32,000 bases of DNA from Candidatus Saganbacteria bacterium (lineage in GTDB: Bacteria > Margulisbacteria > WOR-1 > JAKLHX01). The stretch spans positions 296,379 to 328,378 of the forward strand of contig JAPLKZ010000010.1 in the NCBI GenBank assembly GCA_026387835.1, written 5' to 3'. The position numbers were made by a program, and so were the translations under genes. Under the pieces are notes generated by a model that was not told the DNA's origin, ran no database searches, and saw only the letters and a program-made list of their open reading frames with translations. Shown piece after piece: positions 1 to 7,687 of the stretch (position 1 is its first letter; each line of letters opens with the position of its first letter).

Positions 1-380
1 ATGACGGGACCGGAAACATGCCCGGCTATCAGGTGCGGAGCGCCTGCCATGCTGTGCCGCATTATTATGGCATCGGTCCCGATAGCTTCAAGATTTCTGG
101 CGGTATCTATCAGTGTCTCGCCTTTCACGACGCTGCTGGTGCCGGCGGCAATGCTGTTGGTCGATGCCGAAAGAAGTTTTGCCGCTGTTTCAAAAGAATT
201 CTTTGTCCGCGTGCTCGGCTCGTAAAAAAGCGTGGTCACTATCTTGCCGGAAAGCGCGGGAACGGTCCTCATCGGCCGCGAGAGGATCTCTTTCATGCTT
301 TCTGCGGTGTTGAGTATCTGATTGATCTCGCCGGCGGACAGTTCTTTGAGACCGAGGAGGTCTTTTGACTTTAGCGCCAT
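1..380 (-). CDS. pyrB: Aspartate carbamoyltransferase catalytic subunit, N-terminal part (gene continues beyond window start)
   Basis: Reverse complement from ATG at 380 reads [76 protein letters not shown]..., with the carbamoyl-phosphate-binding motif YEPSTRT. Not in the ORF track, presumably because it is open at the edge. Confidence 0.93.
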   Translation of the reverse strand, partial: MALKSKDLLGLKELSAGEINQILNTAESMKEILSRPMRTVPALSGKIVTTLFYEPSTRTKNSFETAAKLLSASTNSIAAGTSSVVKGETLIDTARNLEAIGTDAIIMRHSMAGAPHLIAGHVSGPV

Positions 381-423
381 GTTGATTTTTGCCTTCGGTT
401 ATTATATCATACACAAGGAAGCA

Positions 424-1686
424 ATGAAAATCTTAGCTCTCAACTGCGGAAGCTCCTCCGTAAAATACCAGCTCTACGATTGGACCCAGAAAAAGGTAAT
501 TTGTAAGGGGATGGCCGACCGCGTCGGACTTCCCTCGGGTTCACTATGTCACGAAGTGCCCGGGAAGCCGGACCTGGTCCTTGAAAAGGATTGCCCAAAC
601 CATTGCGTTGCGATCGACCAGATACTTAAAGTGCTTGTTGATCCCGGTTACGGCATGATCGCGGATATAAAAGAGATATCCGCCGTGGGCCACAGGGTAG
701 TGCACGGCGGGGAAAAATTCCAGCGCTCGGTAAAGATAGATGATGACGTGCTCGCGGCAATAAAAGAAGTCAAGGACCTTGCCCCGCTGCATAACCCTCC
801 CAACATCGAGGGGATTGAAGCCGCAATGAAAGTCCTTCCGGAAGTCCCCCATGTAGCTGTATTTGATACCGCATTTCACCAGACAATGCCGCCGGAAGCA
901 TATCTGTATGCCGTGCCTTTTGAATGGTACAAGATGTATGGCGTAAGGAAATACGGATTTCACGGCACTTCCCATCTTTATGTCTCAAAAAGGGCCGCGG
1001 TACTTTTGAAGAAGAAGCCCACGGAAACAAATGTAATAACTCTTCATATAGGCAACGGGGTCAGTGTAGCGGCTATTAAAAACGGTGTCTCGATCGACAC
1101 ATCAATGGGACTGACTCCTCTTGCCGGCGCGATAATGGGGACCCGGAGCGGCGATCTTGATCCTGCGATCGTCATTTTTATGATCGAGAAAGAAGGTTTC
1201 TACGCGAAAGAGCTTGATAAAATTCTTAACAACAAAAGCGGCTTGCTGGGTATAACCGGCAAATACTCGGACAGACGCGAGATCGAAAAAGCTTCCGCCG
1301 CAGGCGATGAAAGGTGCCGGATGGCAATAGACATGGAAGCTTACAGGCTCAAAAAGATAATCGGTTCATACATCGCTTCGATAGGACAGGTAGACGCCAT
1401 CGTATTTACCGCGGGCGCAGGCGAGATGGACGCAAATCTCAGGGCCCGGACGCTGGCAGGGCTGGAATCTTTGGGGATTAAATTCGATCCCGTCAAAAAC
1501 GGGAACGCAAAGACCCACGGGGTCGAATCCGTAATATCGGCTGACGATTCAAAGATAAAGATCTTTGTTATTCCGACCAATGAAGAGCAGGTGTTCATCG
1601 AGGACGTGGTCGCGATCATTGAAGGCAGGTACGACATTCACACAAAGTTCACCTATTCTTTCCAAAGCGAGGATTACAAAATATGA
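424..1686 (+). CDS. ackA: Acetate kinase
   Basis: MKILALNCGSSSVKYQLYDW..., HRVVHGG, HLGNG-like HIGNGVSVAAI, GVSIDTSMGLTPLAGAIMGTRSGDLDP, FTAGAGE. ATG at 424 gives the canonical N-terminus; the track start at 322 is too early. Confidence 0.96.
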   Translation: MKILALNCGSSSVKYQLYDWTQKKVICKGMADRVGLPSGSLCHEVPGKPDLVLEKDCPNHCVAIDQILKVLVDPGYGMIADIKEISAVGHRVVHGGEKFQRSVKIDDDVLAAIKEVKDLAPLHNPPNIEGIEAAMKVLPEVPHVAVFDTAFHQTMPPEAYLYAVPFEWYKMYGVRKYGFHGTSHLYVSKRAAVLLKKKPTETNVITLHIGNGVSVAAIKNGVSIDTSMGLTPLAGAIMGTRSGDLDPAIVIFMIEKEGFYAKELDKILNNKSGLLGITGKYSDRREIEKASAAGDERCRMAIDMEAYRLKKIIGSYIASIGQVDAIVFTAGAGEMDANLRARTLAGLESLGIKFDPVKNGNAKTHGVESVISADDSKIKIFVIPTNEEQVFIEDVVAIIEGRYDIHTKFTYSFQSEDYKI

Positions 1687-2471
1687 GGGTGATCATAACA
1701 AAAGATTACGATGAGATGAGCAGAAAAGCCGCGGAATTCATCGTAAAGGAACTGAAAAATAAACCGGACTCGATATTGTGCCTTGCGACCGGGACCACAC
1801 CTGTCAGCACATATAAGGAACTTGTCCGCCTTTATAAAGATAAGAAAGTCGATTTTTCAAAGGTCTCGACATTCAATCTTGACGAGTATTACGGGCTTGC
1901 CGACGACCATCCGCAGAGCTATCACTATTTCATGAACGAACATCTTTTCAGGCATATCAACCTTAAAAAAAGCAACTCGATGATACCCGACGGAAAAGTC
2001 AAAGACATAGAAAAATACTGCTTTCATTACGAATGGGAGATAAAACAGAAAGGCGGCATAGACCTCCAGCTTCTCGGGCTCGGCCGCGACGGCCACGTGG
2101 GCTTCAACGAACCTGGCTCTTCTCTCGGCTCCAGGACAAGATTGAAGACCCTTACTGAAGAGACCGTCGAGGACAATTCCAGGTTCTTCAAGAAGAAGGA
2201 TGAAGTCCCGAGATATGTCCTGACCATGGGTATCGGCACAATAATGGAGGCAAAAAAGATACTCCTTCTGGTCTCCGGCGAGAACAAGGCCGGCGTGCTG
2301 CAAAAAGTGGTGGAAGGTCCGATAACCTCTATGGTGCCGGCTTCGGCCCTTCAGATGCACAGAAATGTCATACTTATAGCTGACGAAGCGGCAGCGTCCC
2401 GGCTTTCAAGAAAAGATTATTATGTGTATGTTGAAAAGATGCAGGAGCGCCATGAAAAGGGCGAGATCTGA
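1683..2471 (+). CDS. nagB: Glucosamine-6-phosphate deaminase
   Basis: MRVIITKDYDEMSRKAAEFIV..., LATGTTPVSTYKELV, FNLDEYYGL, LLGLGRDGHVGFNEPGSSLGSRTR. ATG overlaps the ackA stop (ATGA). Confidence 0.95.
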   Translation: MRVIITKDYDEMSRKAAEFIVKELKNKPDSILCLATGTTPVSTYKELVRLYKDKKVDFSKVSTFNLDEYYGLADDHPQSYHYFMNEHLFRHINLKKSNSMIPDGKVKDIEKYCFHYEWEIKQKGGIDLQLLGLGRDGHVGFNEPGSSLGSRTRLKTLTEETVEDNSRFFKKKDEVPRYVLTMGIGTIMEAKKILLLVSGENKAGVLQKVVEGPITSMVPASALQMHRNVILIADEAAASRLSRKDYYVYVEKMQERHEKGEI

Positions 2472-3580
2472 TGGACATTCAATTTTTTGACGATGAGGAA
2501 GTAAGGAACCTTCGGCCGTTGAATTTTATCAAGATGACCGAGGAGCTCCGCTGCGGAGTCCTCACCCTTGAAGAAAAAGCCGGCCTTTTGTTCTCCAGGA
2601 CCAGATCGCCATTTACATTATTATTGAATTCAAGATTGATAGCCGGTCCGGATCTTGCGAAAGAAATAGCAGTCCGCAAACACGAGCATGTTTTTACATC
2701 CAACGGCAGAATAGTCGCGGCCCTTATACGTAAAAAAGATATTGCTTTCTCCCGCACTTCGGCTATCCAGTTTTTCAATTCTTCAGTTATTCACAGGAGA
2801 GAGATAAGGGCCTCGCTTGTTTCCTACCCCTGGGATATCATCCACAAGAACGCCGAAGAGATAAAAAATGACATCGCCCTTCTCAGACCAAAAAGATCCC
2901 TTAATAAAGACATCTACATCGGCAAAGACTGCAAGATAAAACCCGGCGTCGTGCTCGATCCGGAGGACGGGCCGATCTTTATCGACGACGGGGCAAAGAT
3001 ACTCGCGAACTCCGTAATTATGGGCCCGTGCTACATCGGAAAAGGAACAACGATAAAAGCCATAGCGAAGATCTACGGCGGCACATCCATAGGTCCGATG
3101 TGCAAGGTCGGCGGAGAAGTGGAGGGTTCGATATTCCAGGGGTACTCCAACAAACAGCACGACGGTTTCCTCGGTCATTCATATATCTGCGAGTGGGTCA
3201 ATCTTGGGGCTGACACGAACAATTCTGATCTTAAGAATAATTACAGCAATGTAAAGGTCTATATGAACGGCAAGATGATAGACAGCGGCATTATGTTCGT
3301 CGGGCTCATGATGGGAGACCATTCAAAAGCGGGCATCAATACGATGTTCAATACAGGGACCGTTGTCGGAGTGTCTTCAAATGTCTTCGGAGCGGGATTC
3401 CCTCCAAAATTTATTCCGTCTTTTTCATGGGGCGGAGCTGAGAAGATGGTCGAATATGACATCGAAAAGGCCATTCAGACTGCAAAAGCCGTGATGAAGA
3501 GAAGAAGGTTCGTGATGACAATTGATTACGAAAACAAGCTCCGCAGTGTTTTTGCCGAAACCGCTCAGGAAAGAAAATAA
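2471..3580 (+). CDS. GlmU-family sugar nucleotidyltransferase-like protein with left-handed beta-helix acyltransferase-type repeats
   Basis: Hexapeptide-like repeats (IYIGKDCKIKPGVVLDPEDGPIFIDDGAKILANSVIMGPCYIGKGTTIKAIAKIYGGTSIGPMCKVGGEVEGSIFQGYSNKQHDGFLGHSYICEWVNLGADTNNSDLKNNY). Start codon overlaps the nagB stop. Confidence 0.8.
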   Translation: MDIQFFDDEEVRNLRPLNFIKMTEELRCGVLTLEEKAGLLFSRTRSPFTLLLNSRLIAGPDLAKEIAVRKHEHVFTSNGRIVAALIRKKDIAFSRTSAIQFFNSSVIHRREIRASLVSYPWDIIHKNAEEIKNDIALLRPKRSLNKDIYIGKDCKIKPGVVLDPEDGPIFIDDGAKILANSVIMGPCYIGKGTTIKAIAKIYGGTSIGPMCKVGGEVEGSIFQGYSNKQHDGFLGHSYICEWVNLGADTNNSDLKNNYSNVKVYMNGKMIDSGIMFVGLMMGDHSKAGINTMFNTGTVVGVSSNVFGAGFPPKFIPSFSWGGAEKMVEYDIEKAIQTAKAVMKRRRFVMTIDYENKLRSVFAETAQERK

Positions 3581-3638
3581 CCAACAAAGTTCTTTTTTCC
3601 CTTATATTTTTTAGCTCGGTTTTCCGGACTATCTTTGC

Positions 3639-3644
3639 TATAAT
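3639..3644 (+). promoter_or_regulatory. Candidate -10 box (TATAAT) upstream of a truncated tRNA-Gln 5' fragment
   Basis: TATAAT ends 9 nt before TGCCGGA at 3654. No convincing -35 box was found. Confidence 0.4.
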
Positions 3645-3651
3645 ACTTTTA

Positions 3652-3671
3652 ATTGCCGGATCGGCTAACGG
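3652..3671 (+). repeat. Direct repeat copy 1: truncated 5' end of tRNA-Gln
   Basis: ATTGCCGGATCGGCTAACGG, identical to 3976..3995. After this copy the tRNA sequence is lost (CCCGCCCGCAACG...). Confidence 0.9.
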
Positions 3672-3675
3672 CCCG

Positions 3676-3703
3676 CCCGCAACGCTTCGCGTAGCGATGC
3701 GGG
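3676..3703. repeat. Hairpin-forming sequence before the GIY-YIG ORF
   Basis: CCCGCA-A-CGCT-TCGCGT-AGCG-A-TGCGGG: 6 + 4 bp stem with one A/A mismatch and a 6-nt loop. Confidence 0.65.
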
Positions 3704-3726
3704 CGCGGTAGGACAGGAGCTATAAA

Positions 3727-3969
3727 GTGTATTTCACATATGTGTTGAGGAGCATTAAAGACGGGAAACTTTATGTTGGGTTTACGGAGAATTTAGAAAA
3801 TCGAGTGGCCCTTCATAATAAAGGGGAAATCGAATCAACGTCTAACAGAAGACCTCTGGAACTTATTTATTATGAAGCGTGCAATAATAAACATGATGCT
3901 TTGGATCGTGAAAGACAATTGAAAACAGGCTTTGGGCGAGCATACTTAAAAAGAAGGATATCAAAATAG
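3727..3969 (+). CDS. Small standalone GIY-YIG nuclease domain protein (UvrC/YhbQ-like)
   Basis: M(GTG)YFTYVLRSIKDGKLYVGFTENLENRVALHNKGEIESTSNRRPLELIYYEACNNKHDALDRERQLKTGFGRAYLKRRISK. GIY-YIG pattern YVLRS..GKLYVG..ENLENRVALHNKG, then E.QLK. RBS AGGAG at 3714..3718. Confidence 0.93.
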   Translation: MYFTYVLRSIKDGKLYVGFTENLENRVALHNKGEIESTSNRRPLELIYYEACNNKHDALDRERQLKTGFGRAYLKRRISK

Positions 3970-3975
3970 GTCTTT

Positions 3976-3995
3976 ATTGCCGGATCGGCTAACGG
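3976..3995 (+). repeat. Direct repeat copy 2, forming the 5' end of the intact tRNA-Gln
   Basis: ATTGCCGGATCGGCTAACGG, identical to 3652..3671 (period 324 bp). Confidence 0.9.
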
Positions 3996-4048
3996 TAGGC
4001 CATCGCCCTTTGGAGGCGACTATCCTGGTTCGAGTCCAGGTCCGGCAG
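3978..4048 (+). tRNA. tRNA-Gln (anticodon TTG)
   Basis: Hand fold: acceptor TGCCGGA/TCCGGCA (7 bp), T8 C9, D arm GGC-TAACGGTAG-GCC, anticodon arm TCGCC-CTTTGGA-GGCGA, variable CTAT, T arm CCTGG-TTCGAGT-CCAGG, discriminator G. 71 nt, no encoded CCA. Weak U1-A72 and G73 are typical of bacterial tRNA-Gln. Confidence 0.93.
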
Positions 4049-4050
4049 TC

Positions 4051-4165
4051 CTTCGACTCGGCGTTGCGCGCCTCGCTCAGGACAAGTGCCTCTTTCCGAG
4101 GCGAAGGAAACCGAGCAACGAGCGAAGTTGCGAGCTTTGTCGAGCCACGAAGCGAGGAGTCGAGG
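4051..4165. repeat. Dyad-rich GC-rich intergenic sequence directly 3' of tRNA-Gln
   Basis: Nested inverted repeats: CTTCGACTC/GAGTCGAGG (4051..4059/4157..4165, one G-U), CCTCGCT/AGCGAGG (4071..4077/4151..4157), GCCTC/GAGGC (4088/4098), GCAAC/GTTGC (4115/4127), GCTT/AAGC (4134/4150). Confidence 0.55.
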
Positions 4166-4237
4166 TTCTATAACCGCTCGGCGCAAGTTATTCTTTTTAT
4201 CTCGGAATAAATATTGGCACCCTGTCCAATTTTTTCG

Positions 4238-4459
4238 CTAAAGATCTATCCCGATAATCTTCTTTCTATTTTTTTCACCGGACAGTATTTTTATCTGTTT
4301 TTTCTTAATTTTGAAATGCTCCATTAACGCCTCTATCACCGCCTCATTGGCCTTCCCTTCTAACGCCGGAGCATTTACGTAAATCTTTAACTGTTTTTCT
4401 TCCTCGATTATCCTTTGCTTTTTTGCATTGGGAATGACCTTTACATTGATGCGTTTCAT
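4238..4459 (-). CDS. DUF167 / YggU-family protein
   Basis: Reverse complement from ATG at 4459: MKRINVKVIPNAKKQRIIEEEKQLKIYVNAPALEGKANEAVIEALMEHFKIKKKQIKILSGEKNRKKIIGIDL*. The track lists this peptide on +, but the sequence supports only the minus strand. Confidence 0.88.
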   Translation of the reverse strand: MKRINVKVIPNAKKQRIIEEEKQLKIYVNAPALEGKANEAVIEALMEHFKIKKKQIKILSGEKNRKKIIGIDL

Positions 4460-4483
4460 ATCAATATTGCTGGATATTCATAA

Positions 4484-5110
4484 TCATTTAAGCACTTTAC
4501 CGGTTTCAAGATACCAAAGATAAAGATCGAGCTCTCCAAGGCTCATGTTCATTTTTTTTGCGAGTGATCTAAGGACTTTTTCAACTTCAATATATTTTCC
4601 CTTTGACATTGTCTTGAAGCTTTTTATCATTTTGTGTTCTTTCAGGATATCAACAATATGGAAATCAATTATCGCACAGTTGCAGCGTCCGATATTCCTC
4701 AGAAAATGGCTTGACTCCTTATATCCCAGCCCCTTTATATTCTTTGCAAGCCATTCTCTTACGATTTGATCCTCTGATATTTCATTTAAGATCTTTAAAA
4801 TGACTTTTTTATGTTTCCTTGCCTCCACTACGAACTTTGCCCTTGTATTTGGAAAGCGGTGCCCCAGCTCCTTAAGTCTTTTTGATAATTCTTCCAGTGA
4901 GAGTTTATGAAATCCGCCTTTGATTTTGTTTTGTATCTTTATGCTGCGTTCGGCGTTGAAATTGGCAGTCATGAGACAGAAGCAGAGTTCATTGAAAATT
5001 ACATCAATAGAACTATTACCGGCCGACCCAAACTTTTTCATCCGTTGGTCGATGACCTTTTTTATCGGGGATTTACGGAGAGATCTGATGGAGCTGATTA
5101 GTTTATGCAT
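4484..5110 (-). CDS. N-glycosylase/DNA lyase, HhH superfamily (Ogg2-like 8-oxoguanine glycosylase)
   Basis: CFCLMTANFNAERSIKIQNKI..., WLAKNIKGLGYKESSHFLRNIGRCNCAIIDFHIVDIL: HhH segment followed by the catalytic-Asp region. Confidence 0.82.
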   Translation of the reverse strand: MHKLISSIRSLRKSPIKKVIDQRMKKFGSAGNSSIDVIFNELCFCLMTANFNAERSIKIQNKIKGGFHKLSLEELSKRLKELGHRFPNTRAKFVVEARKHKKVILKILNEISEDQIVREWLAKNIKGLGYKESSHFLRNIGRCNCAIIDFHIVDILKEHKMIKSFKTMSKGKYIEVEKVLRSLAKKMNMSLGELDLYLWYLETGKVLK

Positions 5111-5114
5111 TATA

Positions 5115-5170
5115 GAGCTGAAGGCTGAAGAGCTGAAGTTCTGAAGATGTCGTACTTCAGCCTTCAGCTC
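5115..5170. repeat. Perfect 16-bp inverted repeat, 24-nt spacer
   Basis: GAGCTGAAGGCTGAAG (5115..5130) and CTTCAGCCTTCAGCTC (5155..5170), between the convergent-side end of rbr and the start of the glycosylase gene. Confidence 0.85.
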
Positions 5171-5185
5171 TTCAGCACTTTGTTT

Positions 5186-5767
5186 TCAGTAATTCTCCGC
5201 CAATATTTCGTAATAAGCCTGGGGATGCTTGCAGGCCGGGCATTCTGCCGGAGCTTCAGTACCTTCATGGACATACCCGCAATTGCGGCAGCGCCATTTC
5301 ACCGACTTATCTTTTTTAAATACTTTATTTTCTTTCACGCTTGCAAGGAGTTTTCTGTATCTTTTCTCATGCTGGGCCTCGACTTCCGCGATCTCACGGA
5401 AAGATGTCGCAATATCCTGAAAACCTTCCTGCTCCGCGGTATCCGCCGCTTCTTTGTACAGTTTTGTCCATTCCATATTCTCTCCGGCTGCCGCGCCTTC
5501 AAGATTCTTTGCAGTAGTACCGATCACCCCGGCAGGATATCCCGCGGTTATCACCAGCTCTCCGCCTTCGAGATATTTAAAGAATACTTTTGCGTGTTCT
5601 TTTTCATTTTCGGCCGTTTCAAGGAATATCGCCGATATCTGTTCCAATCCTTCCTTTTTTGCCGCTCCCGCGAAATACGAGTACCTGTTTCTCGCCTGTG
5701 ATTCGCCTGCAAATGATGCTAATAGATTCTTTTCCGTCCTCGTCCCTTTAACTGATTTTGCCATCAT
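5186..5767 (-). CDS. rbr: Rubrerythrin
   Basis: [47 protein letters not shown], and C-terminal rubredoxin-like [30 protein letters not shown]. Confidence 0.95.
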   Translation of the reverse strand: MMAKSVKGTRTEKNLLASFAGESQARNRYSYFAGAAKKEGLEQISAIFLETAENEKEHAKVFFKYLEGGELVITAGYPAGVIGTTAKNLEGAAAGENMEWTKLYKEAADTAEQEGFQDIATSFREIAEVEAQHEKRYRKLLASVKENKVFKKDKSVKWRCRNCGYVHEGTEAPAECPACKHPQAYYEILAENY

Positions 5768-5779
5768 TTTTCTCCTTTT

Positions 5780-6160
5780 TTAAGATTTCCAGAGTCCGTG
5801 CAGATTGCAGTATTCCCTTGCGGACATCGTCCCGTTTGCCAGTTTAAATACTGCTTCGGGCGTCATGCCCGGCCTTAGGAATTCCCGATAAGATCTGTCT
5901 CCCGCTATTATCTGCACCCATTGTATATAATGCTTGTCCTCCATCGGGTGCGCAATGCTCCCGATCTTTACTTTGATCCCTTCGGACATTTTTTCAATGA
6001 CCGGCACGTGTTTTTCTTTTGAAGCATCAACCGTGTTCTCTACCTGAAGGACCATCGGCTGTCCGCAGCAGACCAACTCTCCTCCTCCGACGAATAATAC
6101 TTCGACTATATTTCCGCAGACGCTGCATTTATAGACTTCCAGCCTGTTTGCTACTGCCAT
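5780..6160 (-). CDS. dfx: Desulfoferrodoxin (superoxide reductase)
   Basis: [64 protein letters not shown]. Confidence 0.95.
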   Translation of the reverse strand: MAVANRLEVYKCSVCGNIVEVLFVGGGELVCCGQPMVLQVENTVDASKEKHVPVIEKMSEGIKVKIGSIAHPMEDKHYIQWVQIIAGDRSYREFLRPGMTPEAVFKLANGTMSAREYCNLHGLWKS

Positions 6161-6180
6161 GTTTTGCTCCTTTCGATTTT

Positions 6181-6678
6181 CTATCCGTGAAATTTTCGTT
6201 GCCCCAGCAATGCATCCAATCCGGCAATCTTTTCTTTAGAACCACCTGCCTTTTTAAAATTATTGACCTGCTTTTCCGCTGATTCTTCCTCTTCAACCTG
6301 TTCTTTGACAAACCATTGGAGGAATTTTTCAGCATCGCTTTCTTTTTCCGACCTCGCCATTTCAACCAGAGCGTTTATCAGTCCGGTGACCATTTTTTCA
6401 TGAGCCAGTGTGTGCTCAAAAGCGGCAAGAGGGCTTTCCCATTGAGACTCCGGAGCCTCGATAGGCAGCATCAGCGCTCTTGATCCTCTGGCGTACAGAT
6501 AATCATATATCTTAGTGGCGTGCACCATCTCTTCCTGAAACTGGACCTTCATCCAGTTCGCGCCTCCCTTCAGGCCGATGGAATCAAAATATGAGGCCAT
6601 TGAAAGATAAAGGTACGCGGAATAGATCTCCCTGTTGACCTGGACATTGAGCGCGCCGGATAACTTGTTGGATATCAC
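6181..6678 (-). CDS. ftnA: Ferritin-like iron storage protein (non-heme ferritin)
   Basis: M(GTG)[60 protein letters not shown]..., [16 protein letters not shown] start overlaps the upstream rubredoxin stop by 1 nt. Confidence 0.95.
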   Translation of the reverse strand: MISNKLSGALNVQVNREIYSAYLYLSMASYFDSIGLKGGANWMKVQFQEEMVHATKIYDYLYARGSRALMLPIEAPESQWESPLAAFEHTLAHEKMVTGLINALVEMARSEKESDAEKFLQWFVKEQVEEEESAEKQVNNFKKAGGSKEKIAGLDALLGQRKFHG

Positions 6679-6839
6679 TATTTTATTTCCTCAAACTGGT
6701 CTTTGGCCGCCCCGCATACCGGACAGACCCAGCTATCTGGCAGTTTTTCAAACGGTGTGCCTGCCGGCGCTCCGTTATCCGGGTCCCCGCTTGCCGGGTC
6801 ATAAACATAACCGCAGACATTGCATACATATTTTTTCAT
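6678..6839 (-). CDS. Rubredoxin (53 aa), absent from the supplied ORF track
   Basis: Reverse complement from ATG at 6839: [53 protein letters not shown], with two CxxCG motifs. Confidence 0.96.
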   Translation of the reverse strand: MKKYVCNVCGYVYDPASGDPDNGAPAGTPFEKLPDSWVCPVCGAAKDQFEEIK

Positions 6840-6871
6840 TTATTCCCTCCGACTTGCTGATGATAAGACCA

Positions 6872-7687
6872 TTATAGAACATTTTCGACAAGTTCGATCA
6901 TCGGGTAATTTTCTTTGAACTCTTTATGATTAGTTGCCTTTATTTTTTCGGTTTCATTGGCATGAAGAAGATAATATCTACACTTGTCGGCAAGGCCTTC
7001 ATACGCAAAAGACTTAAAAGACACTTTTTCGTAAGGATTAATATCGGATTCTTCCGCCACGATAAAACATTTGTTGTTCAACAGATAAGATATTCTCGGC
7101 GCTTCAAATATTTTTGCATCATAAAAATGCATGCTCAGGGCGATCCTGGTCCTTGCGATGATTTCATCTCTTTCTTTGCCGTATACCCCGAAAAGCACCT
7201 TGACGTTTATGTTCTTAAGTTCGTCCAGTACTTTTTTTCTTCTTTCGTTGATGCTCCCGTAGAACAGGACATCGATGTCTTTGTTGTTGCCGGCATCCGG
7301 AATTAATTCGAGTTTTTCATGGTAGCCGACTGGCAGATATTTTGCTTTAAGGCCTCTTTCGTTCAACCGCTTAATGTTCTCCAAAGAATAATCCCATATC
7401 TCAAATGCGTTCTCCAAAAGTTTTTTCTGGTTTTCGCTGTCCCAGCCCCCTTCCGCACCTATCTGCTCAAATTGATATGGGATATATTTTATTTCTTTCA
7501 TCCCGTCATTAAATGGGATAAGGTGATAGCCCAAAACAATATTGGTTTTTTCTTTGTTCAGATAGTTTTCTTTTATCTCTGCTGCTATTCCGAGCGAATC
7601 AAAAGAGCTTTTAAGTAGTAATGCTATTTCGTCAAAGCATTTTGCGTGAATATAACCATCCGGATGAATGAGACAGATATTATACAT
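6872..7687 (-). CDS. Glycosyltransferase-like protein (family uncertain)
   Basis: MYNICLIHPDGYIHAKCFDEIALLL..., DIDVLFYGSINERRKKVLDEL, RIALSMHFYDAKIFEAPRISYLLNNKCFIVAEESD: a pattern typical of CgeB/GT4-like proteins. Confidence 0.55.
   Translation of the reverse strand: MYNICLIHPDGYIHAKCFDEIALLLKSSFDSLGIAAEIKENYLNKEKTNIVLGYHLIPFNDGMKEIKYIPYQFEQIGAEGGWDSENQKKLLENAFEIWDYSLENIKRLNERGLKAKYLPVGYHEKLELIPDAGNNKDIDVLFYGSINERRKKVLDELKNINVKVLFGVYGKERDEIIARTRIALSMHFYDAKIFEAPRISYLLNNKCFIVAEESDINPYEKVSFKSFAYEGLADKCRYYLLHANETEKIKATNHKEFKENYPMIELVENVL

Noticed and set aside
1-414. Track ORFs 1..225 (+), 18..368 (+), 113..313 (+) and 190..414 (-)
   Set aside because: All overlap the clear N-terminus of PyrB on the minus strand (380 to 1) in other frames. 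No family resemblance.
1857-2360. 167-aa antisense ORF inside nagB
   Set aside because: The sense strand is an unambiguous NagB. The antisense ORF is a codon-usage artefact.
3977-4210. 77-aa plus ORF and 65-aa minus ORF (3989..4186)
   Set aside because: Both cross the intact tRNA-Gln and the dyad-rich region, with low-complexity, non-protein-like translations.
5147-5701. 184-aa plus-strand ORF opposite rubrerythrin
   Set aside because: Antisense of rubrerythrin. The Cys/Phe-rich product has no coherent domain pattern.
6129-6877. ORFs 6129..6365 (-), 6019..6282 (+) and 6635..6877 (+)
   Set aside because: They overlap ferritin, desulfoferrodoxin or rubredoxin in other frames, and those assignments are strong.
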